Position numbers and translations under genes: made by a program. A stretch of DNA of 64,000 nucleotides from Gammaproteobacteria bacterium (GTDB lineage: Bacteria; Pseudomonadota; Gammaproteobacteria; Eutrophobiales; Eutrophobiaceae). Shown one piece after another: positions 38,144 to 47,737 of the stretch. The stretch is from contig CBDCDS010000003.1 of the NCBI GenBank assembly GCA_965215365.1, positions 320,001 through 384,000 of the forward strand, read 5' to 3'. The notes under the pieces were generated by a model. It worked only from the letters and a program-made list of their open reading frames with translations, was not told the DNA's origin and searched no databases. Each line of letters begins with the position of its first letter. Position 1 is the stretch's first letter.

Positions 38144-38309
38144 CCCGCATATCTCACCAAGCAGCCAGTTGCCCCGCAGCTGTTGGCTAACGCAGGGAAA
38201 TATAGTCGCGGGGATTGACGTTGCTACCGTTTTTGACAACCTCAAAATGGACATGGGCACCCGTGCTGCGGCCAGTACTGCCCATGAGCGCGATGGTCTG
38301 GCCTTTTTC
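38135..38309 (+). repeat. 175-bp target duplication, left copy
   Basis: Matches 40202-40376. Confidence 0.95.
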
Positions 38310-40201
38310 CCGACTTCGACGGTTTATTTCTCTAACTGATTGATTTTATTGAAGGCGCGTTGACCCGTAGGCACTACAATTGCCTTGTTTCGGCGTTCTC
38401 AGGGGCGGGCTATTTGAGCTCGTAGGGGGTGGTGGAGTGACTCAATCCCATGATTTTGTAGAGGCGCCGGGCGGTTTCACTGATGGCGGAGGGAATCACG
38501 TAGCGGCGGTGTGTCTGTTGATGTGTCAGGACACTGTGCTGCACGTGGGCCAGCGCGTTGCGGATGACTTCGGGGGAGACCGGCTTGGCTTGCAGGGTCA
38601 TGCGGTATTGCAGGTGTCGGACACAGAGCAGGGACATAAAGGCGATGGCGATGTGGGCTTCGATGCGTCGGGGGGTCCAGTGGTAGATGGGTCTTATCTT
38701 GAGATCGTGCTTACTTACCCGGAAGGTATCTTCGACCTGCCACAGGCCGCGATACTGGCTTAAGATGGCGGGGGCGGTGGTAGATGTTGGCAGGTTGGTG
38801 ATAACCCCGTGCAGGCCGTCCCAGCGTTGTGCTTGGGCAATTTTATCGGGGTTGACGCTGAGGGTACTGTTGCCGTCTACCTTGAGGTATTTCTTATAAC
38901 CGTAGTTGTTGAGCAGGTCTTTGGGGTTTTGGCTTTTGGCCAGTTTCTCACGGAGCTTGGCGATGGCCTGGTCGCGGTCATGCCGGTCTTTCTCGGCACG
39001 CACTGGGGAGTAGCCCACCACCAGACGGCGGGAGTCGTGGGGTAGGTCCGCCACCCGCAGTCCGTCGCTATCTGTCAGGGTCTCATAGCGGTCTTCATCG
39101 AGCACTTGGGTTTGCAGGGCGTGCGGCAGGGACTTGAGTCGGGCACCGACGATGTAGTGCAGGCCGGCGTCCTCTAAGGCGCTGAGGTTATCCCTGCTCA
39201 GCAGCCCCCGGTCGGCAACGACCACGGCGTTGTCGGCCTGACAGTCGGTTTGTAAGGCTTTGACCACCGGGATGAGGCTGTGTCCCTCGAAGGTGGCGCC
39301 GGGCAGCACGGTGTAGCGCACGGGCAGGCCGGTGTCGGTGACGGCCAGGGCCAGCAGCACCTGGCATTCTTTGAACTTGGCGTCTTTGCTGTAGCCGGGT
39401 TGTTTGAGCTCATCGTCGGTGAATGATTCAAAGTACAAGGTGGTGCAATCGAAGAACAGCACGCGTAGCGGCCCGCCGAGCAGCGCCCGGGCTTGGGTCT
39501 CGGCCAGGGTATTGAGGCGTTCGATACAGGCCGCATCGAGCAAGTCCATCATGCGGTAGATTTGGGGCAGGGACACTTGCACGCCGAAGTCGGCTGTCAG
39601 GGCGCGCACACTGGCCCGTTTGCTGTCCGGGTTGGCTAGGCGCGCCATCACCGTATGGAACAGCGCTTTGTGCGAGGCCCGGTAGCGCCAGGCTGGCAGC
39701 AACCGGGACAGCCCTAAGTCCTCGTACACGGCGCCGTACACCGCATGGATGCCGCTGATGACACGCTGGGTTTCCCGCAGGGCTTTGAGCTCGACTTTCA
39801 GCGGTGAGTCGTCCTGCCGGGCGCGGGCGGCGCTGAGTTGCTCGGCGACATCTTCGGGCGGGAACAGCTCGGGCTGGGTCTCGGCCTGAAGTTTGGCTTT
39901 GACCACTTCGGCTAAGTCTTTGAGCCGGACGAGCTCGTCTTCATCGAAGGCAATACCGATATGGCGCACAATGCGCTGGCGCACGGCCTTGCCGTCACGC
40001 ACTGACTCGACGAGTTGTACGGATTGACGCGGGCTGTTGGGGGTGGTTTTGACGCGCACGAACATAGCCCGGAGGATACCACGCGCCGCCCACAATGTCA
40101 AGCTACAAATATCAACTAGGCACTACAACTGCCTGCTCCAAAACACGTTTTGATTTACAAGAGATTTTCAGATAAAGTAAGCACCAGACCGTCGAAGTCG
40201 G
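38310..40201 (-). mobile_element. IS1634-family insertion sequence
   Basis: TIRs CCGACTTCGACGGT / ACCGTCGAAGTCGG; long flanking direct repeat. Confidence 0.92.
38410..40065 (-). CDS. IS1634-family transposase
   Basis: FDCTTLYFE, GYSKD, VADRG, LWQVEDTFRVSK, RPIYH. Confidence 0.92.
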   Translation of the reverse strand: MFVRVKTTPNSPRQSVQLVESVRDGKAVRQRIVRHIGIAFDEDELVRLKDLAEVVKAKLQAETQPELFPPEDVAEQLSAARARQDDSPLKVELKALRETQRVISGIHAVYGAVYEDLGLSRLLPAWRYRASHKALFHTVMARLANPDSKRASVRALTADFGVQVSLPQIYRMMDLLDAACIERLNTLAETQARALLGGPLRVLFFDCTTLYFESFTDDELKQPGYSKDAKFKECQVLLALAVTDTGLPVRYTVLPGATFEGHSLIPVVKALQTDCQADNAVVVADRGLLSRDNLSALEDAGLHYIVGARLKSLPHALQTQVLDEDRYETLTDSDGLRVADLPHDSRRLVVGYSPVRAEKDRHDRDQAIAKLREKLAKSQNPKDLLNNYGYKKYLKVDGNSTLSVNPDKIAQAQRWDGLHGVITNLPTSTTAPAILSQYRGLWQVEDTFRVSKHDLKIRPIYHWTPRRIEAHIAIAFMSLLCVRHLQYRMTLQAKPVSPEVIRNALAHVQHSVLTHQQTHRRYVIPSAISETARRLYKIMGLSHSTTPYELK

Positions 40202-40376
40202 GCGGATTAACCCGCATATCTCACCAAGCAGCCAGTTGCCCCGCAGCTGTTGGCTAACGCAGGGAAATATAGTCGCGGGGATTGACGTTGCTACCGTTTT
40301 TGACAACCTCAAAATGGACATGGGCACCCGTGCTGCGGCCAGTACTGCCCATGAGCGCGATGGTCTGGCCTTTTTC
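40202..40376 (+). repeat. 175-bp target duplication, right copy
   Basis: Matches 38135-38309. Confidence 0.95.
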
Positions 40377-41138
40377 AACGCGCTCGCCGACATTGACGAG
40401 GTTCTCCTTGTTATGGGCATAACGGGTCATGTAACCATTGCCGTGGCTGATCTCAACCATGTTGCCGTAGCCCTTGTAGCGACCCGACCAGGTGACGATG
40501 CCGGAGGCGATGGACGTGACCGCCATACCGACCCTGCCGGCCATATCAATACCCGGATGAAACGCTCTGCGCCCGGATATGGGATCGGCCCGGTAGCCGA
40601 ACGATGATGAAATCCAGCCCCCCTGCGCCGGGTTGCCCAGCGGCAGTGCCTGGGATTGCAGGTCTCTGCCCATAAGCATGGTCTCCATTGCCGACAACTT
40701 ATCCTGGCGATCCTGCAGGGCAAATTCCAACTGGTTCAGAGAGGTCAGAAAATCATAAGAAGACAAGCTCTGCGGTGCCTCATCGAGACGCGCCTGCGGC
40801 CCGCCCAGACCGGGCGGACTCTCCAGCCCGAACTCGATGTCCTCCAGTTGCGTCAGGTCTGCCAAGCGGGCACCTAAGGCATCCAGCCTTAGCACGTGGC
40901 TCTGCATCAGGCTCAGACGCCCGGCCATGGCAGCCAGGGCCGTCTGCGTCTCTCCTTTTACCTCTTCGAGCACCTGCACCTGCTCTGCAATAGCCTGCTT
41001 GTGCAGGTAGGCACCGCGTAAATCTGCAACATATCCGAACAACGCAACAACCGCCACCAGCACCACCACGGCACTGCCCCAACCAACCGACAGGTGCAAC
41101 GGCTTTTTTCTGTTGCGCGGAAAGATTATAATCTGCAT
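40254..41138 (-). CDS. M23-family metallopeptidase
   Basis: HPGID, YAH, GRSTGAHVHFEV. Confidence 0.9.
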   Translation of the reverse strand: MQIIIFPRNRKKPLHLSVGWGSAVVVLVAVVALFGYVADLRGAYLHKQAIAEQVQVLEEVKGETQTALAAMAGRLSLMQSHVLRLDALGARLADLTQLEDIEFGLESPPGLGGPQARLDEAPQSLSSYDFLTSLNQLEFALQDRQDKLSAMETMLMGRDLQSQALPLGNPAQGGWISSSFGYRADPISGRRAFHPGIDMAGRVGMAVTSIASGIVTWSGRYKGYGNMVEISHGNGYMTRYAHNKENLVNVGERVEKGQTIALMGSTGRSTGAHVHFEVVKNGSNVNPRDYISLR

Positions 41139-41146
41139 GGTCTAAA

Positions 41147-41635
41147 ATGCCCACGCTGATTCAGACAATGATTAACCCGCATAGCTCGCCAATTCACTCA
41201 CTTGCTGACATTGTTACCGCGTCAGGCAGATTGTCGCAAATTCTTGATCATATAGAAAATATAAACAGATTACAAGCAAAATTATCCAAATATCTGGAGG
41301 CTCCGCTGAATCAGCATGTGGTGGTAGCAGATTACCGGCAACAAACGCTGGTGCTGCATGCCGACAGCGCGGCCTGGACTACCCGCCTGCGTTACCGCAC
41401 GCGTGAACTGCTTGCGGTTTTCAAAACCGAGCTTCCCGAACTGTGCACCATCCATATTAAAAATTGCCCCCCGGCACCCTCCCGCCAACCGACCCGTCAG
41501 GCCGTCAGAGTCACGCCGAAGGCGGCCGGCGCGCTGCGCGCGGCGGCGGACAGCATTGCCGACCCCTCCCTGCGCCGCGCGTTACTGAAAATAGCCGCTA
41601 CTGCAACTGCTTGTTCCGCCACAGAGAACACCTGA
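41147..41635 (+). CDS. DUF721/DciA-family protein
   Basis: LHADSAAWTTRLRY; position between lpxC and M23; start may be 41168. Confidence 0.75.
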   Translation: MPTLIQTMINPHSSPIHSLADIVTASGRLSQILDHIENINRLQAKLSKYLEAPLNQHVVVADYRQQTLVLHADSAAWTTRLRYRTRELLAVFKTELPELCTIHIKNCPPAPSRQPTRQAVRVTPKAAGALRAAADSIADPSLRRALLKIAATATACSATENT

Positions 41636-41690
41636 GGGGCAACGGCCACCTCTGATTTTTGGAAATTTTTCAGCGGCTCTGAGGGCCGGC

Positions 41691-42608
41691 TCAGAGGCTC
41701 TCGGCCGTAAGCGGACGAATGTAGGAGACCGACGCGGCCAGATCTTCGTTGAAATTGACGATTTCCCAGGCATCCCGGGATTGGGCCAGTTTACGCAACA
41801 AGCGGTTGTTCAGATCATGCCCGGATTTATATCCCTGATAAGAGCCGATCAGACTGTGGCCAAGCAGGTACAGGTCGCCTATCGCATCGAGTATCTTGTG
41901 CCTGACGCACTCATCCTGGTAGCGCAGCCCCTCTTCATTCACTACCTGTTCGTTGTCCACCACAATCGCGTTACTCAGACTGCCCCCCAGGATCAGGTTC
42001 TTTTTACGCAAAAAGTCGAAATCTTTCATAAAGCCAAACGTGCGCGCCCGGCAGACTTCCTTGATAAACGAAGTGGTGGAAAAATTGACCTCCGCCCGGC
42101 AGTCACGCTGCTGGAAAACGGGATGGTCGAACTGTATGGTGAAGCCGACCTTGAAGCCGTCGTAAGGTTCCAGCAGGGCCCACTTGTCGCCGTCCTCCAC
42201 CCGCAGTGCCCGGGTGATGCGCAGAAAACATTTCTCTTCGTCCTGCTCCTGCACCCCGGCAGACTGAATCATGAACACAAAAGGGCCGGCGCTGCCGTCC
42301 ATGATCGGCACTTCCTCAGCGCTCACGTCAATATAGGCATTATCAATGCTGAAACCGGCAAAGGCCGATAACAGGTGCTCCACTGTGGAAATACTGGCGC
42401 CATTCATCACCAGGGTGGTAGATAACCGGGTGTCGCCGACGTTGACCATACGCGCGGGAATCTCCGTCGGCGGATCCTGGTCAACACGGCGGAAGACTAT
42501 GCCCGTATTGGCTGCCGCGGGGCGTAGGGTAATATCGGCTTTTTTGCCGGTGTGCAAACCTACCCCTTGCGCCCTGATGGTATTTTTCAATGTGCGCTGT
42601 TTTATCAC
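41691..42608 (-). CDS. lpxC: UDP-3-O-acyl-GlcNAc deacetylase
   Basis: [21 protein letters not shown]. Confidence 0.97.
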   Translation of the reverse strand: MIKQRTLKNTIRAQGVGLHTGKKADITLRPAAANTGIVFRRVDQDPPTEIPARMVNVGDTRLSTTLVMNGASISTVEHLLSAFAGFSIDNAYIDVSAEEVPIMDGSAGPFVFMIQSAGVQEQDEEKCFLRITRALRVEDGDKWALLEPYDGFKVGFTIQFDHPVFQQRDCRAEVNFSTTSFIKEVCRARTFGFMKDFDFLRKKNLILGGSLSNAIVVDNEQVVNEEGLRYQDECVRHKILDAIGDLYLLGHSLIGSYQGYKSGHDLNNRLLRKLAQSRDAWEIVNFNEDLAASVSYIRPLTAESL

Positions 42609-42611
42609 CTG

Positions 42612-43751
42612 TCAATCGACCTGTCGTCGCAAAAATGCCGGAATCTCAAGATAATCAGGGTCATCCCTGACCGACACAACTTCGGGTGCGCTGACCTTGG
42701 TGCGCATGATTGCCGGGCGTTCCAGCGTGTCATAATCGACGATATCCTCGCCACCGGCCGTCGCCACCAGTTTTGGTTTGACCAGCTGCTCGCCGGGTTG
42801 CCCGAGTCCGGTCGCTACAATAGTGACCCATAATTCGTCACCAAGTTCCGGATTCACCACTGTTCCTATCACTACGGTGGCATCATCGGCGGAAACTCCC
42901 TTGATAATGTTGCCCACTTCATTGAACTCACCGATGCAAAAATCCATCCCGGCAGTGATGTTGGCCAGTATGCCTTTGGCGCCGGACAGGTCAATGTGTT
43001 CCAGCAGCGGGCTGCTGATAGCGGCCTCCGTCGCTACCCTGGCACGGTCTTCGCCCTGGGCTTTGCCGGAACCCATCATCGCCATACCCATTTCTCCCAT
43101 GACAGTCCTGACGTCGGCGAAGTCAACATTGATCAAGCCCTGACAGGTGATAACCTGTGCGATCCCCCGCACCGCGCCGAGCAGCACGTCATCTGCCGAT
43201 TCGAACGCATGCAGCAACGGCACGTCTGAACCCAGCACATCCACCAGCTTGTCATTCGGCACGGTGATCAGCGAATCCACGTACTGGCTGATTTCGCGGA
43301 TACCGGCAGCGGCGATTTCAGACCGTTTGCGACCTTCAAATGCGAATGGTTTGGTGACTATCGCAACCGTTAGAATGTGCATTTCCTTAGCGACCTGGGC
43401 TACCACCGGTGCCGCGCCGGTGCCGGTGCCGCCACCCATGCCGGCGGTAATAAACACCATGTCCGCGCCATCTAAGGCGTCTTCTATGCGATCGCGGTCA
43501 TCCAGCGCCGATTGGCGGCCGATTTCCGGGTTGGCGCCGGCACCGAGGCCATGCGTGATACTGTTGCCCAGCTGCAGAACGTTAGGCGCGGCCGAGCACT
43601 GCAGCGCCTGTGCATCGGTATTGGCGCAGATAAATTCAACGCCCTCAATCTCGGCTTTTATCATGTGGTTCACGGCATTGCCGCCACCACCGCCCACACC
43701 TATCACTTTTATGACTGCCGCCTGATTCGCGGCTTCGACCAGTTCAAACAT
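42612..43751 (-). CDS. ftsZ: Cell division protein FtsZ
   Basis: GGGTGTG, NVDFAD, IPAFLR tail. Confidence 0.98.
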   Translation of the reverse strand: MFELVEAANQAAVIKVIGVGGGGGNAVNHMIKAEIEGVEFICANTDAQALQCSAAPNVLQLGNSITHGLGAGANPEIGRQSALDDRDRIEDALDGADMVFITAGMGGGTGTGAAPVVAQVAKEMHILTVAIVTKPFAFEGRKRSEIAAAGIREISQYVDSLITVPNDKLVDVLGSDVPLLHAFESADDVLLGAVRGIAQVITCQGLINVDFADVRTVMGEMGMAMMGSGKAQGEDRARVATEAAISSPLLEHIDLSGAKGILANITAGMDFCIGEFNEVGNIIKGVSADDATVVIGTVVNPELGDELWVTIVATGLGQPGEQLVKPKLVATAGGEDIVDYDTLERPAIMRTKVSAPEVVSVRDDPDYLEIPAFLRRQVD

Positions 43752-43828
43752 TTTACCCACCTCCATTAATGGTGAAATTACAGAAACCTCTAATTTTTAG
43801 AGGCGCTTTTATTAAGTAACGGGAACCT

Positions 43829-45049
43829 CTAAAAATTACCCTGAAACCAACTCTTCATTCGTTTCCAGACGCCGGCGACGCCACCCTCAACAGGTCCTGA
43901 GTAGCCACGGCGACGCTGCTGGCGCTGACTGTGCAGCAATAACCCTACTCCGGTTGCATAAATCGGATTCTTTATGAGTTCGGCCAAACCGCCGACGTAT
44001 TGCGGCGTTCCCACCCGCACCTGCATGTGAAAAACTTCTTCGGCCAGTTCCACTGCGCCCTGCATATTGGAGCTGCCGCCGGTGATGACAATCCCCGCCA
44101 CGATCGAGCGCTCATAGCCGCTGCGCCGCAATTCCGCCTGCACCAGGGAAAACAGCTCCACGTAGCGCGGCTCAACCACCTCGGCTAAGGTCTGCCTGGA
44201 CATGCGGCGCACGGGCCGGTTGCCGACGCTGGGCACTTCCACGGTATCGTCAGAATTAGCCAGTTGCGCCAGCGCGCAGGCGTAGCGCACCTTGATCTCC
44301 TCGGCATTCTGTGTCGGCGTGCGCAGGGCCACAGCTATATCGTTGGTCACGTGGTCGCCCGCTATCGGGATCACCGCGGTATGACTGATAGCACCATTGG
44401 TGAACACGGCCAGGTCCGTGGTGCCGCCGCCGATATCCACCAGACACACGCCCAGATCTTTTTCGTCCTCGGTCAGTACCGAATAGCTGGACGCCAGTTG
44501 TTCGAGCACAATATCGTCGGCTTCCAGGCCACAACGACGCACACATTTGATGATATTCTGGGCCGCGCTGACGGCGCCGGTGACGATGTGCACCTTTGCT
44601 TCTAGGCGCACGCCTGACATGCCAATGGGGTCCTTGATACCCCCCTGGCCGTCAATGGCGAAATCCCTGGGCAGGATATGCAGGATCTTCTGGTCGGCCG
44701 GGATGGCCACGGCGCGCGCGGCGTCAATCACTCGCTCTATGTCGCCCTCCATCACTTCATTGTCACGGATCGCAACGATGCCGTGGGAGTTGAGGCTGCG
44801 GATATGGTTACCGGCAATCCCGGTATAGACAGCATGGATGTTGCAGCCGGCCATCAGTTCCGCCTCCTGTATGGCACTGCGTATGGTCTGCATGGTCGCT
44901 TCGATGTTCACGACCACGCCTTTTTTTAACCCGCGCGAACGGCACGAGCCCAGGCCGATGATCTCGATCTCATTCTGCCCGTGCACCTCCGCAACAATCG
45001 CAACCACCTTGGAAGTGCCGATATCAAGCCCGACAATCAATTCAGTCAT
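43829..45049 (-). CDS. ftsA: Cell division protein FtsA
   Basis: GLDIGTSK, DIGGGTTD, WFQGNF; stop codon lies inside a repeat B copy. Confidence 0.97.
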   Translation of the reverse strand: MTELIVGLDIGTSKVVAIVAEVHGQNEIEIIGLGSCRSRGLKKGVVVNIEATMQTIRSAIQEAELMAGCNIHAVYTGIAGNHIRSLNSHGIVAIRDNEVMEGDIERVIDAARAVAIPADQKILHILPRDFAIDGQGGIKDPIGMSGVRLEAKVHIVTGAVSAAQNIIKCVRRCGLEADDIVLEQLASSYSVLTEDEKDLGVCLVDIGGGTTDLAVFTNGAISHTAVIPIAGDHVTNDIAVALRTPTQNAEEIKVRYACALAQLANSDDTVEVPSVGNRPVRRMSRQTLAEVVEPRYVELFSLVQAELRRSGYERSIVAGIVITGGSSNMQGAVELAEEVFHMQVRVGTPQYVGGLAELIKNPIYATGVGLLLHSQRQQRRRGYSGPVEGGVAGVWKRMKSWFQGNF

Positions 45050-45837
45050 GTCTTTCCCCCTGCCGGAATAGTGCGCTCGGACTCGCCCGCCCACCTGACC
45101 GCGAACCCGTTCGTATATCTCATGTCGATGGATGCTGCCTGTGACAACCTGTCAGCCTGGTATGGAATTGCAAAATCAAAAAATCGCTGCAACCTGCCTT
45201 CCAGATCCTTGCGACCCAACAGCACCAGCGGCCCGTTGACCAGACTGAATTGCCAGGCCCGACGTTCGGTCAATGTCAACGCCTCCGGCTCCAGGTTCAG
45301 TGGCGCCAGTTGCTGTTGCAACAGCAGGTATTTTTGCAGTACTGCGCGGGCACTGCCTTGAGGGCCGCGCAGGGCCGGCAATGCGGCAGGAAAGGAATCC
45401 TGTAGCGGTGCAAATATCACCGCTTCGCTGCTCAGCAGACTGTTGTCGCCCCACAAGGCAACCGGTTCGTGCTCAGTGATATAGATCATCAGGCGGTCCG
45501 GCCACACCCGTCGTACCGCGACCTTGCTGATCCATTCCTCCTGCACCAACTCCCGCTTGATCGCGGCGACACTGACGCTGATAAAGCCGCCGCTGATAAT
45601 ATCTGTCGCTCTTGTTTCCAGTTCGGAGGGAGACAGGTGCATGAACTCCCCGGCAATCTCCACCTGTGTGATGGGCAGAATTTTCGGCCAGACATCCCTT
45701 AGCGGTACGATGCAGGCGCCCAGCGCCACCAGCGCCACCACGTACTTCTGCCATGGCGTCATGCTAACCCGCCAGATACGTAAACTGAAGGTACGTAAAT
45801 TACTGCGAATTACCGGACGGGCTGGTTTCATCATCAC
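45046..45837 (-). CDS. ftsQ: Cell division protein FtsQ
   Basis: POTRA (VRRVWPD), IDMRYTNGFAV. Confidence 0.9.
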   Translation of the reverse strand: MMMKPARPVIRSNLRTFSLRIWRVSMTPWQKYVVALVALGACIVPLRDVWPKILPITQVEIAGEFMHLSPSELETRATDIISGGFISVSVAAIKRELVQEEWISKVAVRRVWPDRLMIYITEHEPVALWGDNSLLSSEAVIFAPLQDSFPAALPALRGPQGSARAVLQKYLLLQQQLAPLNLEPEALTLTERRAWQFSLVNGPLVLLGRKDLEGRLQRFFDFAIPYQADRLSQAASIDMRYTNGFAVRWAGESERTIPAGGKT

Positions 45838-46778
45838 TCCCGGCCACGCGTCTGCGGTGCCATGCTTGTCTCCAGCACTTGTATGACCAGCTCATCGAAA
45901 TCCGTTCCCAGCTGGCGCGCGGCCATAGGCACCAGGCTGTGACCCGTCATCCCAGGCACGGTGTTGATGTCGATCAGGCTGGGCTGGTCGTTTTCGTCCA
46001 GCAACAAATCAACCCGGCCCCAACCGCTGGCGCCGATCGCAGCAAAGGCCCGCAGCGCCAACCCGGCCAGTTCCGCTTCCAGCGCCGGTGCTAACCCGCT
46101 GGGACAGAGATAGCGCGTATCGGCATCCACATACTTGGCCTGGTAGTCATAAAATTCCCGCGGCGTTTCGATCCTGATGGCGGGCAATGCCTGCCCGTGC
46201 AGGATACCCACGGTATAATCACCGCCGGGCAGCCAGCGCTCGCAAATCACCTCGTGATCGTAGCGGCTGGCAGCCTCCCAGGCCGCCTGCAGAGCGGCCG
46301 CGCTGGTCACCTTGGTGGCGCCCAGACTGGAGCCCTCATGCACCGGTTTCATCATGAACGGAAACCCCAGCGCCTGCGCCGCCGCGGGCAAGTCTTGAGC
46401 GCCGCGCAGCAGCGTGAATTGCGGAGTCGGCAGGTCCAGCCGTTGCCAGATCCACTTGCATCTCAGCTTGTCCATGGACAGCGCCGAACCGAGCACGCCA
46501 CTGCCCGTACCGGGCAGGTTCAGTGCCTGCAGGGCGCCCTGGATCACACCGTCTTCGCCGCCGCGTCCGTGCAGCGCGTTGAACACGCGCTTAAAGCCGC
46601 CCGCAATCAGGTCGCTCACCACGTTCTCATCGGCGTCGAGCGGCCACGCGTCCACACCTTGCCGGCGCAGGGCTGCCAGGATCGCCGCGCCGCTCTGCAG
46701 GGATATTTCCCGTTCGGCCGAGTTGCCGCCCATGAGCACCGCAACTTTGCCATAGCAGCTCTGTTGTTGACCGGTCAC
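45834..46778 (-). CDS. ddl: D-Ala-D-Ala ligase
   Basis: GGNSAEREISL, LHGRGGEDG, YDYQAKY, NTVPG. Confidence 0.96.
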   Translation of the reverse strand: MTGQQQSCYGKVAVLMGGNSAEREISLQSGAAILAALRRQGVDAWPLDADENVVSDLIAGGFKRVFNALHGRGGEDGVIQGALQALNLPGTGSGVLGSALSMDKLRCKWIWQRLDLPTPQFTLLRGAQDLPAAAQALGFPFMMKPVHEGSSLGATKVTSAAALQAAWEAASRYDHEVICERWLPGGDYTVGILHGQALPAIRIETPREFYDYQAKYVDADTRYLCPSGLAPALEAELAGLALRAFAAIGASGWGRVDLLLDENDQPSLIDINTVPGMTGHSLVPMAARQLGTDFDELVIQVLETSMAPQTRGRE

Positions 46779-47737
46779 GGGTGGCAGTCCGTTTGTTTGC
46801 GCCCGGCCTCGGCTCCCTCGCGCAAGGGGAGCGGGACGCGGCGGGTCGGGTTTGTTGCCTTGTGGGGTTCAGTCTCACCGATGATTCTTACCTCCGGGTC
46901 CAGTCGGATACCCGTCAGCTGCGCAACGGTTGCCTGTACGTGCCGGAGCAGTGCCTCAATATCCGCGGCGCGCGCAGCCCCGGTGTTGATGATGAAATTT
47001 GCATGTTTGTCTGACACCACCGCGGCGCCGATGGCACAGCCCTTGAGCCCGCATTGTTCGATCAGGCGACCGGCGAAATCACCTTCAGGGTTCTTGAACA
47101 CGGAGCCGCAACTGAAGCGGCCGGTGGGCTGGGTGGCGGCGCGCCGGGCCAGCAACTCACTGATCCGGATTTGCGCCATCCCGTCCGGGTCCGGCTGCAA
47201 CCGCAGCTGTGCGGACAGGAACCATTCATCGTCAGCCAGTTCAATCCGACGGTAGTCGGTATTGAAGTGTGTGCGCCGGCGTTCGGTGCGTATGCCGGCG
47301 CGATTGACCAGTTCCACCTGTTCGACGATATTCCAGGTTTCAGCACCGAACGCACCCGCGTTCATGGCCAGCGCGCCGCCCACCGAACCCGGTATGCCGG
47401 CCAGAAATTCGGCACCGGCAAGCCCGGACTTGGCACTGAAGCGCGCGACTTTTGCACAAGCCGCACCGCTGTTTGCGCGCAGCGCATTGCCCGCCAGCAA
47501 TTCCAGCCGGTTGTTCATGCCCGCGGTCGAAATGACGGTGCCCCTGATACCACCGTCCCGCACCAGTACATTGCTGCCCAGACCGATCCAGGTAACCGGC
47601 TCGGCAGCCGGCAACGCGGCCAGGAACGCGGCCAGCTCAGTGTCATCGGCGGGGACAAAAAACCGGTCCGCCGGGCCACCGACTTTCCAGGAAGTATGGC
47701 GCGCCATGGGTTCGTCAAGTTTAACCCGCATAGTCAC
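46775..47737 (-). CDS. murB: UDP-N-acetylmuramate dehydrogenase
   Basis: GSNVL, GIPGSVGG, MNAGA, GSVFKNP, KHANF. Confidence 0.96.
   Translation of the reverse strand: MTMRVKLDEPMARHTSWKVGGPADRFFVPADDTELAAFLAALPAAEPVTWIGLGSNVLVRDGGIRGTVISTAGMNNRLELLAGNALRANSGAACAKVARFSAKSGLAGAEFLAGIPGSVGGALAMNAGAFGAETWNIVEQVELVNRAGIRTERRRTHFNTDYRRIELADDEWFLSAQLRLQPDPDGMAQIRISELLARRAATQPTGRFSCGSVFKNPEGDFAGRLIEQCGLKGCAIGAAVVSDKHANFIINTGAARAADIEALLRHVQATVAQLTGIRLDPEVRIIGETEPHKATNPTRRVPLPLREGAEAGRKQTDCHP

Noticed and set aside
38187-38309. Second M23 gene
   Set aside because: Only the 3' end, copied as part of the IS1634 target duplication.
46197-47255. Long antisense ORFs across the dcw cluster and other core genes
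   Set aside because: Shadow ORFs of GC-rich coding sequence with no recognisable motifs.
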